Origin: Sulfurihydrogenibium sp.
GTDB lineage: Bacteria; Aquificota; Aquificia; Aquificales; Hydrogenothermaceae
Length of the DNA stretch: 14,923 nucleotides
Assembly: GCA_037442825.1 (NCBI GenBank)
Contig: JBBIPN010000030.1
Span: forward strand, 1-14,923
Direction of reading: 5' to 3'
Each line of letters begins with the position of its first letter. Position 1 is the first letter of the stretch. Below, in pieces: positions 6,660-14,923 of this stretch. The notes beneath the pieces were generated by a model. That model did no database searches. It saw only the letters and a program-made list of their open reading frames with translations, and was not told the origin of the DNA. Both the position numbers and the translations under genes were made by a program.

Positions 6660-7829
6660 CGTATACTCATGATTAGTATAGCAAAAACCTTTATCAGTAG
6701 AGATTTTTATACCCTCTCCTATTGGGTTAAGTCCTAACATTTTCATATCATAATCAACCATTATTTTTACAAGGTCTTCAAATGTTGTTCTTGGTTCCCA
6801 ACCTAACTTCTGTTTTGCTTTTGTTATATCTGCTTGAAGATGCTCAACTTCAGTTGGACGAAAATATTTAGGATCTATTTCTATCAGAACTGTACCAGGA
6901 GAAATAGTGACTGGTGATAGGTGAGAAGTAACAGGTGTCTGATGAAGAATAAAGTTTAGAAGGGAAAGGTCTACAGATCTAACTATCCCTTTCTCATCAA
7001 CACCTTCTCCTTTCCACTCAATCTCTATACCAACATAGCTAAAAGCTTTTTCAACAAACTCCCTTACGGAATGACTTTCTCCTGTACCTACTACATAATC
7101 ATCAGGTTCATCTTGTTGAAGCATAAGCCACATCATTTCTACATATTCAGGAGCAAATCCCCAGTCTCTCTTTGCATTAAGGTTTCCAAGATAAAGTTTG
7201 TTTTGTCTACCTGCTAAAATATTTGCTAAAGCTCTGGTTATTTTTCTTGTTACAAAGGTTTCACCTCTACGGGGGCTTTCATGATTAAAAAGTATTCCAT
7301 TACATGCAAAGAGTTTATAAGCTTCTCTGTAGTTTACTGTCATCCAGTAAGCATATACTTTAGCTGCTGCGTAGGGACTCCTTGGATAGAAAAGTGTTTT
7401 TTCGTTTTGTGGCGGTGGTGATGCTCCAAACATTTCAGAAGAAGATGCTTGATAAAATTTTGCCTTTATACCACTTCTACGTATAGATTCAATGATACGA
7501 GTTGTTCCAAGGGCAGTTATATCTCCTGTATATTCAGGAATATCAAAACTAACTCTTACATGGCTTTGAGCACCAAGGTGATAAATTTCATCTGGTTGGA
7601 TATTGTAAATGAGATTTGTAAGCTGTCCTGAATCAGAAAGGTCACCATAGTGTAGAAAAAGCTTTGCTCCAGGAGTATGTGGGTCAACATATATATGGTC
7701 AATTCTCTGTGTATTAAATGTACTTGCCCTTCTTATTATCCCATGGACCTCATAGCCTTTACTAAGTAGCAGCTCAGCAAGATAACTACCATCTTGTCCT
7801 GTTATTCCTGTGATTAATGCTTTCTTCAT
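6636..7829 (-). CDS. gmd: GDP-mannose 4,6-dehydratase
   Basis: 397 aa. [64 protein letters not shown] at 7844-7839. Confidence 0.96.
   Translation of the reverse strand: MKKALITGITGQDGSYLAELLLSKGYEVHGIIRRASTFNTQRIDHIYVDPHTPGAKLFLHYGDLSDSGQLTNLIYNIQPDEIYHLGAQSHVRVSFDIPEYTGDITALGTTRIIESIRRSGIKAKFYQASSSEMFGASPPPQNEKTLFYPRSPYAAAKVYAYWMTVNYREAYKLFACNGILFNHESPRRGETFVTRKITRALANILAGRQNKLYLGNLNAKRDWGFAPEYVEMMWLMLQQDEPDDYVVGTGESHSVREFVEKAFSYVGIEIEWKGEGVDEKGIVRSVDLSLLNFILHQTPVTSHLSPVTISPGTVLIEIDPKYFRPTEVEHLQADITKAKQKLGWEPRTTFEDLVKIMVDYDMKMLGLNPIGEGIKISTDKGFCYTNHEYTLASDSEK
6907..6948. repeat. Degenerate 7-bp tandem array inside gmd
   Basis: + strand: GTGACTG GTGATAG GTGAGAA GTAACAG GTGTCTG ATGAAGA. Translated within [14 protein letters not shown]. 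Confidence 0.85.
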
Positions 7830-7838
7830 TATACGAAA

Positions 7839-7879
7839 CTCCTTTTTAAAATCTTTTTATTTTATTACATCTTATTATA
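7839..7879 (-). promoter_or_regulatory. gmd ribosome-binding site and possible -10 element
   Basis: AAGGAG at 7844-7839 and TATAAT at 7879-7874. No convincing -35, and the AT-rich background makes the -10 weak evidence. Confidence 0.35.
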
Positions 7880-7935
7880 TATTTAAACTTTTCTTCACCT
7901 TTGTATTTCTCTTTCGTCTTTATTTTAAAAATAAA

Positions 7936-9264
7936 TTAAAATGGGAGTTTAAATGGAAGTCCACCGCCTTTTGAAAATTTCCTCATCTTTTTCATCATCT
8001 TTTTCATCTCTTCATACTGTTTTAAAACTCTGTTTACATCCATTATAGTTGTTCCACTTCCTTTGGCTATTCTCTTTTTTCTACTTCCATTTATAATATG
8101 TGGTTTTGCTCTTTCTTCTGGTGTCATCGAGTTTATAATAGCTTCAATTTGAACAAATTTTTTCTCATCAACTTTTAAATCTTTTATTTTATTTCCTACT
8201 CCAGGTATCATTTTTAAAATCTGTTCCATAGGACCGAGATTTCTAATCATTTTTATCTGTTCTTTTAAATCTTCCAATGTAAATTCTGCATTCATCACTT
8301 TTTCTGCCATCTGCTTTGCTTTATCTTCTTCAATAGCAGCTTGCATTTTTTCTATCAATGTTTGAATATCCCCAAGTCCTAATATCCTTTGGGCTATTCT
8401 ATCTGGATAGAAATGCTCTAAATTTTCAATTTTTTCTCCTGTACCAACAAACTTTATAGGCACTCCAAGAACTTTTCTTATAGATAAAGCTACACCACCT
8501 TTTGCATCACCATCAAGTTTTGTAAGGATAACACCTGTAAGTTTTACAGCTTTATAGAACTCTTCAGCTGTTGTTATAGCTTCTTGACCTTGCATAGAAT
8601 CAGCAACATAAAGGACTTCAGTAGGTTTAACTCTTTCTTTTACCTTTACAAGTTCTTCCATTAACTCGTTGTCAATATGTAATCTACCAGCTGTATCTAA
8701 GATGATATAAGAAAAGCCTTGTTTTTTAGCATCTTGAATAACTTTATCTGTAAGTTTTAAAGCATCTTTTTCTGTTTCATCTATAAAACATGGAATATCT
8801 ATAGATTGTGCTAATGTATATAACTGTTTTGCTGCAGCTGGTCTTCTAACGTCTATGGAAGCTACACCAACTTTATAACCTTTTGATTTTAAATATTTTG
8901 CTAATTTTCCTGCTGTGGTAGTTTTACCTGTACCTTGTAAACCTACAAGCATTATAATACCTGGTGGATTATCTGGTTTTGTTAATGTGACAGGTTCTTC
9001 TCCACCGAGTATTTTTATAGTTTCATCGTATATAAGTTTTATTATTGTTTCACCAGCTGTTAAACCTTTTATCAGCTCTTGGTTTAAAACTTTTTGTTTT
9101 ATATCTGAAATAAACTCCTTAACAACATCAACGTTTACATCTGCTTCAAGTAATGTAACTCTTATATCTTTAAGTACTTCATCTAATGTTTTTTCATCTA
9201 TCTTTTTTACTTTTTTTAATTTTTCAACAACAGAACTAAATTTTTCTGTTAAAAATTCAAACAT
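7936..9264 (-). CDS. ffh: Signal recognition particle protein Ffh
   Basis: 442 aa. GLQGTGKTT, DTAGR and TKLD GTPase motifs; Met-rich M domain with SRKKRIAKGSG. AGGAGG RBS. Confidence 0.97.
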   Translation of the reverse strand: MFEFLTEKFSSVVEKLKKVKKIDEKTLDEVLKDIRVTLLEADVNVDVVKEFISDIKQKVLNQELIKGLTAGETIIKLIYDETIKILGGEEPVTLTKPDNPPGIIMLVGLQGTGKTTTAGKLAKYLKSKGYKVGVASIDVRRPAAAKQLYTLAQSIDIPCFIDETEKDALKLTDKVIQDAKKQGFSYIILDTAGRLHIDNELMEELVKVKERVKPTEVLYVADSMQGQEAITTAEEFYKAVKLTGVILTKLDGDAKGGVALSIRKVLGVPIKFVGTGEKIENLEHFYPDRIAQRILGLGDIQTLIEKMQAAIEEDKAKQMAEKVMNAEFTLEDLKEQIKMIRNLGPMEQILKMIPGVGNKIKDLKVDEKKFVQIEAIINSMTPEERAKPHIINGSRKKRIAKGSGTTIMDVNRVLKQYEEMKKMMKKMRKFSKGGGLPFKLPF

Positions 9265-9276
9265 CTATTTCCTCCT

Positions 9277-9789
9277 TTAAATCTTCATCTCTTCAATATA
9301 TAGTTTATAACCAATAGTTTCAAGTTTTTGAGCTTTTGTCTCTACCATGTTTTTCAAACTTTCTTTGTAATCTTTTAGTTTTTTTGATATCTCTTTATCA
9401 GATATTCCTAAAATAGAGATTGCTAAAAGTGCTGCATTTTCAGCGTTATTTATAGCCACAGTAGCAACAGGTATACCTGCTGGCATTTGAACTATTGAGA
9501 GTAAAGAATCAAGTCCATTTAAGGAAGATGTTTTGATTGGTACACCTATAACTGGCAAGTGTGTTAAAGAAGCTACCATACCTGGTAAATGGGCTGCTCC
9601 TCCTGCACCTGCAATTATTACTTTTATTCCTCTCTCTTCTGCTGTTTTTGCATACTGATACATTCTATCAGGTGTCCTATGGGCAGAAACAACTGTAATT
9701 TCATAAGGTATATCAAATCTATCAAGTATTTCTGCTGCTTTACTCATAATAGGCAGATCAGAATCGCTTCCCATTATTATTCCTATCAT
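9277..9789 (-). CDS. purE: N5-CAIR mutase PurE
   Basis: 170 aa. [43 protein letters not shown] overlap with purK. Confidence 0.97.
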   Translation of the reverse strand: MIGIIMGSDSDLPIMSKAAEILDRFDIPYEITVVSAHRTPDRMYQYAKTAEERGIKVIIAGAGGAAHLPGMVASLTHLPVIGVPIKTSSLNGLDSLLSIVQMPAGIPVATVAINNAENAALLAISILGISDKEISKKLKDYKESLKNMVETKAQKLETIGYKLYIEEMKI

Positions 9790-10937
9790 ATTACAACTTC
9801 TCCCTTTACTTTAATTAGATTTTTTACATAATTAGCTTTTTGTATCAACCTTTCTTTATTTTCGTCTAATATTGTTATATGTCCCATCTTTCTTAAAGGA
9901 AATGTTTCCACTTTACCATATATATGGACATAAACTCCTTCTATCTCTAAAATTCTATCGAGATTTTCATATATTGGTTTTCCTTTAAAACCTTTTTCAC
10001 CAAGTAAGTTCAATGTTATAGCTGGTAAATATTGGTATGTAGAACCAAGTGGTAAATTTGTTAAAACTCTTATAAGCTGTTCAAACTGGCTTGTTTCACA
10101 TGCTTCTATTGTATAATGTCCTGAGTTGTGAACTCTTGGAGCAATCTCATTTAATAAAATATCTCCTTTCTTTGTTAAAAACATCTCTACACCAAAAACG
10201 CCAACACCATCTAAAGCTTCAACTGCACTAATAGCTATATCCTGAGCTAATTTTGATAAAGATTCTTCTATATCTGCTGGTGATATAAGATAATCTAAAA
10301 GATTTCCTTCTTTGTTGAAAACCATGGAAGCTATAGGGTATACTTTTATATCTCCGTTTATATTTCTTGCTACAATCGCAGCTAACTCTTTTTCTATATC
10401 TATAAGTTCTTCTATATAGAAATCTTCTTTTATAGATTTATCTATATCTTCTAAACTTCTTATTATAAATACTCCCCTTCCATCATAACCACCTGTCTTT
10501 GCTTTTTGAACACAAGGTATAAACTCTTTAACTTTTTCTATACTGTCAACGTGGTAAAAGTTTGGCATTGGGATACTATGTTTTTTGAAAAATTCTCTCT
10601 GTTTGTATTTATCTTGTAGTGTTTCTAATATTTCAATAGAAGGGTATATTTTATCTTCTGGAATAACTTCTTTTAAGATTTTTGTATTTATGTGTTCTAT
10701 TTCGTATGTTATTACGTTAGAGATACTGTTTAGTTTTGAAAGTTTTTCTTTGTCGTTTACACTACCAACTATCTGATATGAAACCGTAGAAGCTGGTGAT
10801 TTTTCGTGTGGATCTAAAGAAACCATATTTATGCCAAGTTTTCTACCTTCCATAGAAATCATTTTTCCAAGCTGACCACCACCAAGAATACCTACAGTAT
10901 AATCTGAAGGTGTTATTAGCTTAACGTTTTTAAGCAT
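9786..10937 (-). CDS. purK: N5-CAIR synthase PurK (ATP-grasp)
   Basis: 383 aa. [48 protein letters not shown]. Confidence 0.96.
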   Translation of the reverse strand: MLKNVKLITPSDYTVGILGGGQLGKMISMEGRKLGINMVSLDPHEKSPASTVSYQIVGSVNDKEKLSKLNSISNVITYEIEHINTKILKEVIPEDKIYPSIEILETLQDKYKQREFFKKHSIPMPNFYHVDSIEKVKEFIPCVQKAKTGGYDGRGVFIIRSLEDIDKSIKEDFYIEELIDIEKELAAIVARNINGDIKVYPIASMVFNKEGNLLDYLISPADIEESLSKLAQDIAISAVEALDGVGVFGVEMFLTKKGDILLNEIAPRVHNSGHYTIEACETSQFEQLIRVLTNLPLGSTYQYLPAITLNLLGEKGFKGKPIYENLDRILEIEGVYVHIYGKVETFPLRKMGHITILDENKERLIQKANYVKNLIKVKGEVVI

Positions 10938-10969
10938 TTGATCTCCTTGTAAAATTTTGCTTTTTTATT

Positions 10970-13900
10970 TTAGCAAACTTCTATCTCTTTTTCAGATAAG
11001 ATTTTATATATATCTCTTTTAAAATCATCACCATACTTTATATGAAAGTCTGAATGTAAAGAGACCTCACAGTAGAGTTTTGAATCTTTAAATATACAAA
11101 CAACAACTTCTTTATCACCTCTATGTTTTATTAAAACATCTTTTACTTTTTCAAGAACACCGTTTTTAGCTTTTTCAGAAGATAGTTTTATCTTAACAGT
11201 ATTAATATATTTTATTAAGTCTTCTACATTGCTTATTTTATCAACTGTTATACTAATTTTCTCCTGTTCTTCATCTATATCTACAACACCTTCAACTACA
11301 ACTATAGCATCATCTACCAACAGATGTCTCTCCTCTAACTTTTCAACAAATGCTCTACCTTCTATCATTCCTGTTTCATCTGATATTTTAAATACAGCCA
11401 TCGTTGAGCCAGATTTTGTCTTTTTAAACTTAACCTCATCTAAAACTCCAGCTATTTTTACAACTTTACCTTCAATAGAACTTCCTTCTTGTAGGTCAGA
11501 AATTTTGATCACTTTACCTTTTAATTCTTTCTTATGATCATTTATTGGATGACTTGAAAAGTAAAATCCTAAAACTTCTTTTTCATACTTTAACTTTTCT
11601 TTTTGAGAAAGTTCTTTACCTTTTTCATAGGTTGGAACTTCATTTTTTTCTACTATCATACCAAAAAGTGAGTTTTGGCCAGAGAGTTTATTTTCTTTTG
11701 ATTTTTGTCCGTAGGTTATAGCCTTTTGAACGTTATCAAGGAGTATGCCTCTATCTACATTTTCAAAATCAAAAGCACCAGCTTTTATCAATGACTCCAA
11801 AACTTTTTTATTTGCAACTTTACTATCAAATCTTTCAGCAAAATCAAATATATCTTTAAAAGGTTTCTTTTCCCTCTCTTTTACTATCAAACTTGCAACC
11901 TCATCTCCTATTCCTTTTATTCTTCCAAGACCAAATCTAATTAAATTTTTGTCTTCTATATAAAACTCTCTATAACTTCTGTTTATATCCGGTAGTAACA
12001 GTTTAATGCCAAAGTTTTCCATATCAGATAGTAGATTTAAAAATTTTGTATCGCTATTTTCTGTTGATAACTTAACTGCAAAAAATTCTTCTGGATAGTA
12101 TGTCTTTATGTAAGCTGTCCAGTATGTTAAAAATGCGTAAGCTGTTGAGTGAGATTTGTTAAATGAATAAGATGCGAATTTCTCTATATCACTCCATAGT
12201 TTTTCTACTTTTTCTCTGTCAAAACCTTTATCTACTGCACCATTTATAAATCTATCTTTCATTTTTGCCATAGTTTCTGGATTTTTCTTTCCAATAGCTT
12301 TCCTTAAGGTATCTGCTTCTGCCATTGTAAATCCAGAAAGGATACTTGACATAAACATTATCTGTTCTTGGTATGTGATAATCCCATAAGTTTCTTCCAA
12401 TATTTCCTTAACTTCTTCAAAAGGATAATCTATCTCTTTTCTTCCATGTTTTCTTTCTATATACTCATCTACCATCCCACTCATAAGTGGTCCAGGTCTG
12501 TATAAAGCTAAAATAGCTATTATTTCATCAAACTTTGTAGGTTTTAGTCTAACTAAAAGGTCTTGCATTCCTTTGCTTTCAAGCTGGAACACACCAACTG
12601 TCTTACCTGATTGTAGTAATGAAAATACTTTTTCATCATCAAATGTTAAACTGTTATAATCAATATCTATATTATGTCTTTCTTTTATAAGTTTCTTCAT
12701 TAAATCTAACTCTGTTAAGGTTTTTAATCCTAAAAAGTCCATCTTAACGAGTCCAAGCTGTTCTAACGTTTTCATCTCAAACTGTGTAGCGATATTGCCA
12801 TCTTTATCTTTGTAGATAGGTACAAACTCATCAAGTGGACCAGGTGCAATAACTACTCCAGCAGCATGTATTCCTGTGTGTCTTGCACAACCTTCAAGAT
12901 TCCTTGCTAAATCTAAAAGCTGTCTTACTTTATCATCTATTTCATAAAGTTTTTTAAAATCTGGATGGGCTTCTAGGTTTTCATCTATTGTTAATGTTGA
13001 ACCTTGGATAGGTCCTGGTAGTATCATCTTTGCAATTTTATCTGCTTCTTGATAATGAAATCCTAAAACCCTTGCCACATCTCTTATTACCATCTTTGAT
13101 TTCATAAAGTTGAAGGTTGTAATCTGTGCTACAGAAGATTCTCCATACTTTTGTTTTACATACTCTATAACTTTATCTCTATTTTCCATACAAAAATCTA
13201 CGTCAATATCAGGCATTGATATTCTCTCTGGATTTAAAAATCTTTCAAAGATAAGTCCATAAGCTAAAGGGTCAACTTCTGTAATACCTAAACTGTATGC
13301 AACCAATGAACCACCTGCGGAACCTCTACCAGGTCCGACAGGAATACCACTATTTTTTGCATAGTTTATAAAATCCTGTACAATTAAAAAGTATTCTGCA
13401 AATCCCATTTGATTTATAACGTTTATCTCATAGTCTAACCTTTCTCTATACACTTTTAAATTTTCAGGAGATAGGTCTTTCATCTTATCTAATCTTCTTT
13501 CTAACCCATCTCTTGCTAATTTCTCAAAATATTCAGAAGGAGTAGAAAACTCTGATGGAATCTCATACTTTGGGAATAGATATCCTCTTGTATCTACCGT
13601 ATCTATCTCTAAATTACATTTTTCTGCTATCTCTAATGTGTTTTTTAAGTACTCTTCATAACCTTTAAATTTTTCATACATCTCTTCTGGTTTTGTAAAA
13701 TGTAAACCTCTAACTTTAAAAGTTTTACCTTCTTTCTCTAAATCTTCCAATGTTTTTTTCATCTGTAGAGCTTTTAAAACATCATGAGCTGTAGCATCTT
13801 CTTGATTTAGATAGTGTGAATCGTTTGTCCCTACAATTTTTATTCCCAATTCTCTTGCAAGTTTTATTATTCCTTTATTAGCTTCTTCTTGTTCTTCTAA

Positions 13901-14449
13901 TCCATTAACTTGAACTTCAAAATATAAATCATCTCCAAATATATCCTTTAATCTTTTTGCATATTTTTTTGCTTCTTCATACTTACCTTTTGAAAGTAAA
14001 TTTGGAATAAATCCTTTTAAACAAGCAGTTTGACATATAAGCCCTTCGTGGTAATTCTCTAAAAGTTCCCAATCTATCCTTGGTTTATAATAAAAACCTT
14101 CTGTATATGCTAAAGAAGATAGTTTCATAAGATTTTTAAAACCAGTTTTATCTTTTGCAAAAAGTATTAAATGATAATTTTTATCTGTAAGGATATCGTC
14201 ACTTCCTTCTCCCTTTTTCTCAAACCTATTATTTGCAAAATAACTCTCCATACCAATTATAGGTTTCACACCTACATTTTTCATTTCCTGATAAAACTCT
14301 ACAGCACCAAATATATTGCCGTGATCGGTAAGTCCTACTGCCTTATATCCATACTCTACTGCTTTCTTTGCTAAATCTTTTGGCTTTATCATTCCATCAA
14401 GTAATGAGTAATGTGTATGTAAATGTAAATGAACAAAATCTTTATTCAT
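10970..14449 (-). CDS. dnaE: DNA polymerase III alpha subunit
   Basis: 1159 aa. PHP domain (HLHLHTHYSLLDG, TDHG, TNDSHY), PGRGSAGGS, catalytic PDIDVDF, KMDFLGL, FNKSHS and C-terminal OB fold. GAGGTG RBS. Confidence 0.98.
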   Translation of the reverse strand: MNKDFVHLHLHTHYSLLDGMIKPKDLAKKAVEYGYKAVGLTDHGNIFGAVEFYQEMKNVGVKPIIGMESYFANNRFEKKGEGSDDILTDKNYHLILFAKDKTGFKNLMKLSSLAYTEGFYYKPRIDWELLENYHEGLICQTACLKGFIPNLLSKGKYEEAKKYAKRLKDIFGDDLYFEVQVNGLEEQEEANKGIIKLARELGIKIVGTNDSHYLNQEDATAHDVLKALQMKKTLEDLEKEGKTFKVRGLHFTKPEEMYEKFKGYEEYLKNTLEIAEKCNLEIDTVDTRGYLFPKYEIPSEFSTPSEYFEKLARDGLERRLDKMKDLSPENLKVYRERLDYEINVINQMGFAEYFLIVQDFINYAKNSGIPVGPGRGSAGGSLVAYSLGITEVDPLAYGLIFERFLNPERISMPDIDVDFCMENRDKVIEYVKQKYGESSVAQITTFNFMKSKMVIRDVARVLGFHYQEADKIAKMILPGPIQGSTLTIDENLEAHPDFKKLYEIDDKVRQLLDLARNLEGCARHTGIHAAGVVIAPGPLDEFVPIYKDKDGNIATQFEMKTLEQLGLVKMDFLGLKTLTELDLMKKLIKERHNIDIDYNSLTFDDEKVFSLLQSGKTVGVFQLESKGMQDLLVRLKPTKFDEIIAILALYRPGPLMSGMVDEYIERKHGRKEIDYPFEEVKEILEETYGIITYQEQIMFMSSILSGFTMAEADTLRKAIGKKNPETMAKMKDRFINGAVDKGFDREKVEKLWSDIEKFASYSFNKSHSTAYAFLTYWTAYIKTYYPEEFFAVKLSTENSDTKFLNLLSDMENFGIKLLLPDINRSYREFYIEDKNLIRFGLGRIKGIGDEVASLIVKEREKKPFKDIFDFAERFDSKVANKKVLESLIKAGAFDFENVDRGILLDNVQKAITYGQKSKENKLSGQNSLFGMIVEKNEVPTYEKGKELSQKEKLKYEKEVLGFYFSSHPINDHKKELKGKVIKISDLQEGSSIEGKVVKIAGVLDEVKFKKTKSGSTMAVFKISDETGMIEGRAFVEKLEERHLLVDDAIVVVEGVVDIDEEQEKISITVDKISNVEDLIKYINTVKIKLSSEKAKNGVLEKVKDVLIKHRGDKEVVVCIFKDSKLYCEVSLHSDFHIKYGDDFKRDIYKILSEKEIEVC

Positions 14450-14514
14450 CTTATTACACCTCTTTCAGTTTTATATTTTAATTTTTTAATTAATTTTTCA
14501 ATTTTATAATTTAT

Positions 14515-14556
14515 TTTTATTTTATATTAACAAACTTTTATTTTATATTAATAAAC
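14515..14556. repeat. 21-bp tandem direct repeat in the divergent intergenic region
   Basis: TTTTATTTTATATTAACAAAC (14515-14535) and TTTTATTTTATATTAATAAAC (14536-14556), 20/21 identical. Confidence 0.8.
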
Positions 14557-14565
14557 TTTTTTTTT

Positions 14566-14707
14566 GAATGAATAAAAAACATATGTTAAAATTGATAAAA
14601 TAAAGCGATAAAAGGAGAAAAAGATGAAAAGAATGGATAAAAAATATATGTTAAAATTGAAAAAATAAAACGATAAAAAAGGAGCAAAAAATGAAAAGAA
14701 TGGATAA
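14566..14707 (+). repeat. Tandem duplication (65 + 67 bp) of a 5' leader, RBS and start codon
   Basis: Units 14566-14630 and 14631-14697 share ATATGTTAAAATTGA.AAAATAAA.CGATAAAA..GGAG.AAAA.ATGAAAA. GAATG(A/G)ATAA occurs at 14566, 14631 and 14698. Confidence 0.92.
14624..14668 (+). other. 14-codon upstream mini-ORF created by the duplication
   Basis: AAGGAG RBS then MKRMDKKYMLKLKK*. The first six residues are identical to those of the downstream gene. Confidence 0.45.
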
Positions 14708-14923
14708 GCTAATTCAAGAGTATATTCATGATCCGTATTTTACAAAAGAAAAGTATCATGACCCTTCTGTATGTGAAGTTTGCGGTGTTGTTTTTCATAA
14801 TGGAATATTTGAATGGTTAAAAGATGTGCCTAAAGATGCTGGAAATATAGTATGTCCAGCATGTAGAAGAATACAAGATAAATATGAGGGTGGTGTTGCA
14901 TACCTTGAAGGGAAATTTTTAGA
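14691..14923 (+). CDS. Partial CDS (runs off the window): BCAM0308-family-like protein with two CxxC motifs
   Basis: AAGGAG RBS, then MKRMDKLIQEYIHDPYFTKEKYHDPSVCEVCGVVFHNGIFEW...VCPACRRIQDKYEGGVAYLEGKFL, open to the window end. Not in the supplied ORF track. HDPY, CxxCG and CPACRRI.D...G are recognised from memory of the family. Confidence 0.75.
   Translation, partial: MKRMDKLIQEYIHDPYFTKEKYHDPSVCEVCGVVFHNGIFEWLKDVPKDAGNIVCPACRRIQDKYEGGVAYLEGKFL

Noticed and set aside
5477..6948. Heptamer arrays as CRISPR or as DGR template/variable repeats
   Set aside because: No repeat-spacer structure, no cas or reverse transcriptase gene in the window, and no long repeat pair differing at adenines.
7919..7935. 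Inverted repeat TTTATTTT-A-AAAATAAA after ffh as a terminator
   Set aside because: AT-only stem with a minimal loop; expected by chance in this composition.
8987..8993. Single GTGACAG inside ffh
   Set aside because: Isolated copy with no 7-bp periodic neighbours; compatible with chance.
48..14374. All + strand ORFs in the supplied track (48-410, 418-675, 1018-1431, 3392-3640, 6372-6569, 7449-7631, 8915-9280, 9589-9831, 10585-10776, 11229-11537, 11745-11963, 14171-14374)
   Set aside because: Antisense shadows of well-supported minus-strand genes, with no recognisable motifs.
10970..14449. Intein or split in dnaE
   Set aside because: Length is ordinary and the motifs are contiguous; no intein signatures seen.
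14592..14605. FNR-like box upstream of the BCAM0308-like gene
   Set aside because: Only the TTGAT half matches; there is no ATCAA at the right spacing.

Overview
AT-rich bacterial DNA. The DnaE N-terminus is Aquifex-like, which suggests Aquificota, possibly Hydrogenothermaceae (inference). Almost everything is on the minus strand. A housekeeping run dnaE-purK-purE-ffh is followed directly by a surface-polysaccharide cluster: gmd, a decayed four-helix-bundle (23S-IVS-protein/bAvd-like) gene, fcl, a LegB-like dehydratase, a LegC-like aminotransferase, a truncated methyltransferase, a GT2 polyprenol-phosphate glycosyltransferase, a small EamA/SMR-like membrane protein, a methyltransferase and the start of a possible formyltransferase. 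A divergent CxxC-CxxC (BCAM0308-like) gene starts at the right edge. The most unusual signal is a family of 7-bp tandem arrays (consensus GTGACAG/CTGTCAC) confined to gmd-fcl. Two arrays in inverted orientation bracket the four-helix-bundle gene from start codon to stop codon. Four arrays of about 42 bp, including the downstream bracket, are translated in frame inside gmd and fcl as PVTCHLS-like peptides. The cluster also carries several deletion scars. The divergent intergenic region holds two separate tandem duplications, one of which copies an RBS and start codon and creates a 14-codon upstream ORF. All family calls come from motif recognition by eye; no searches were run.
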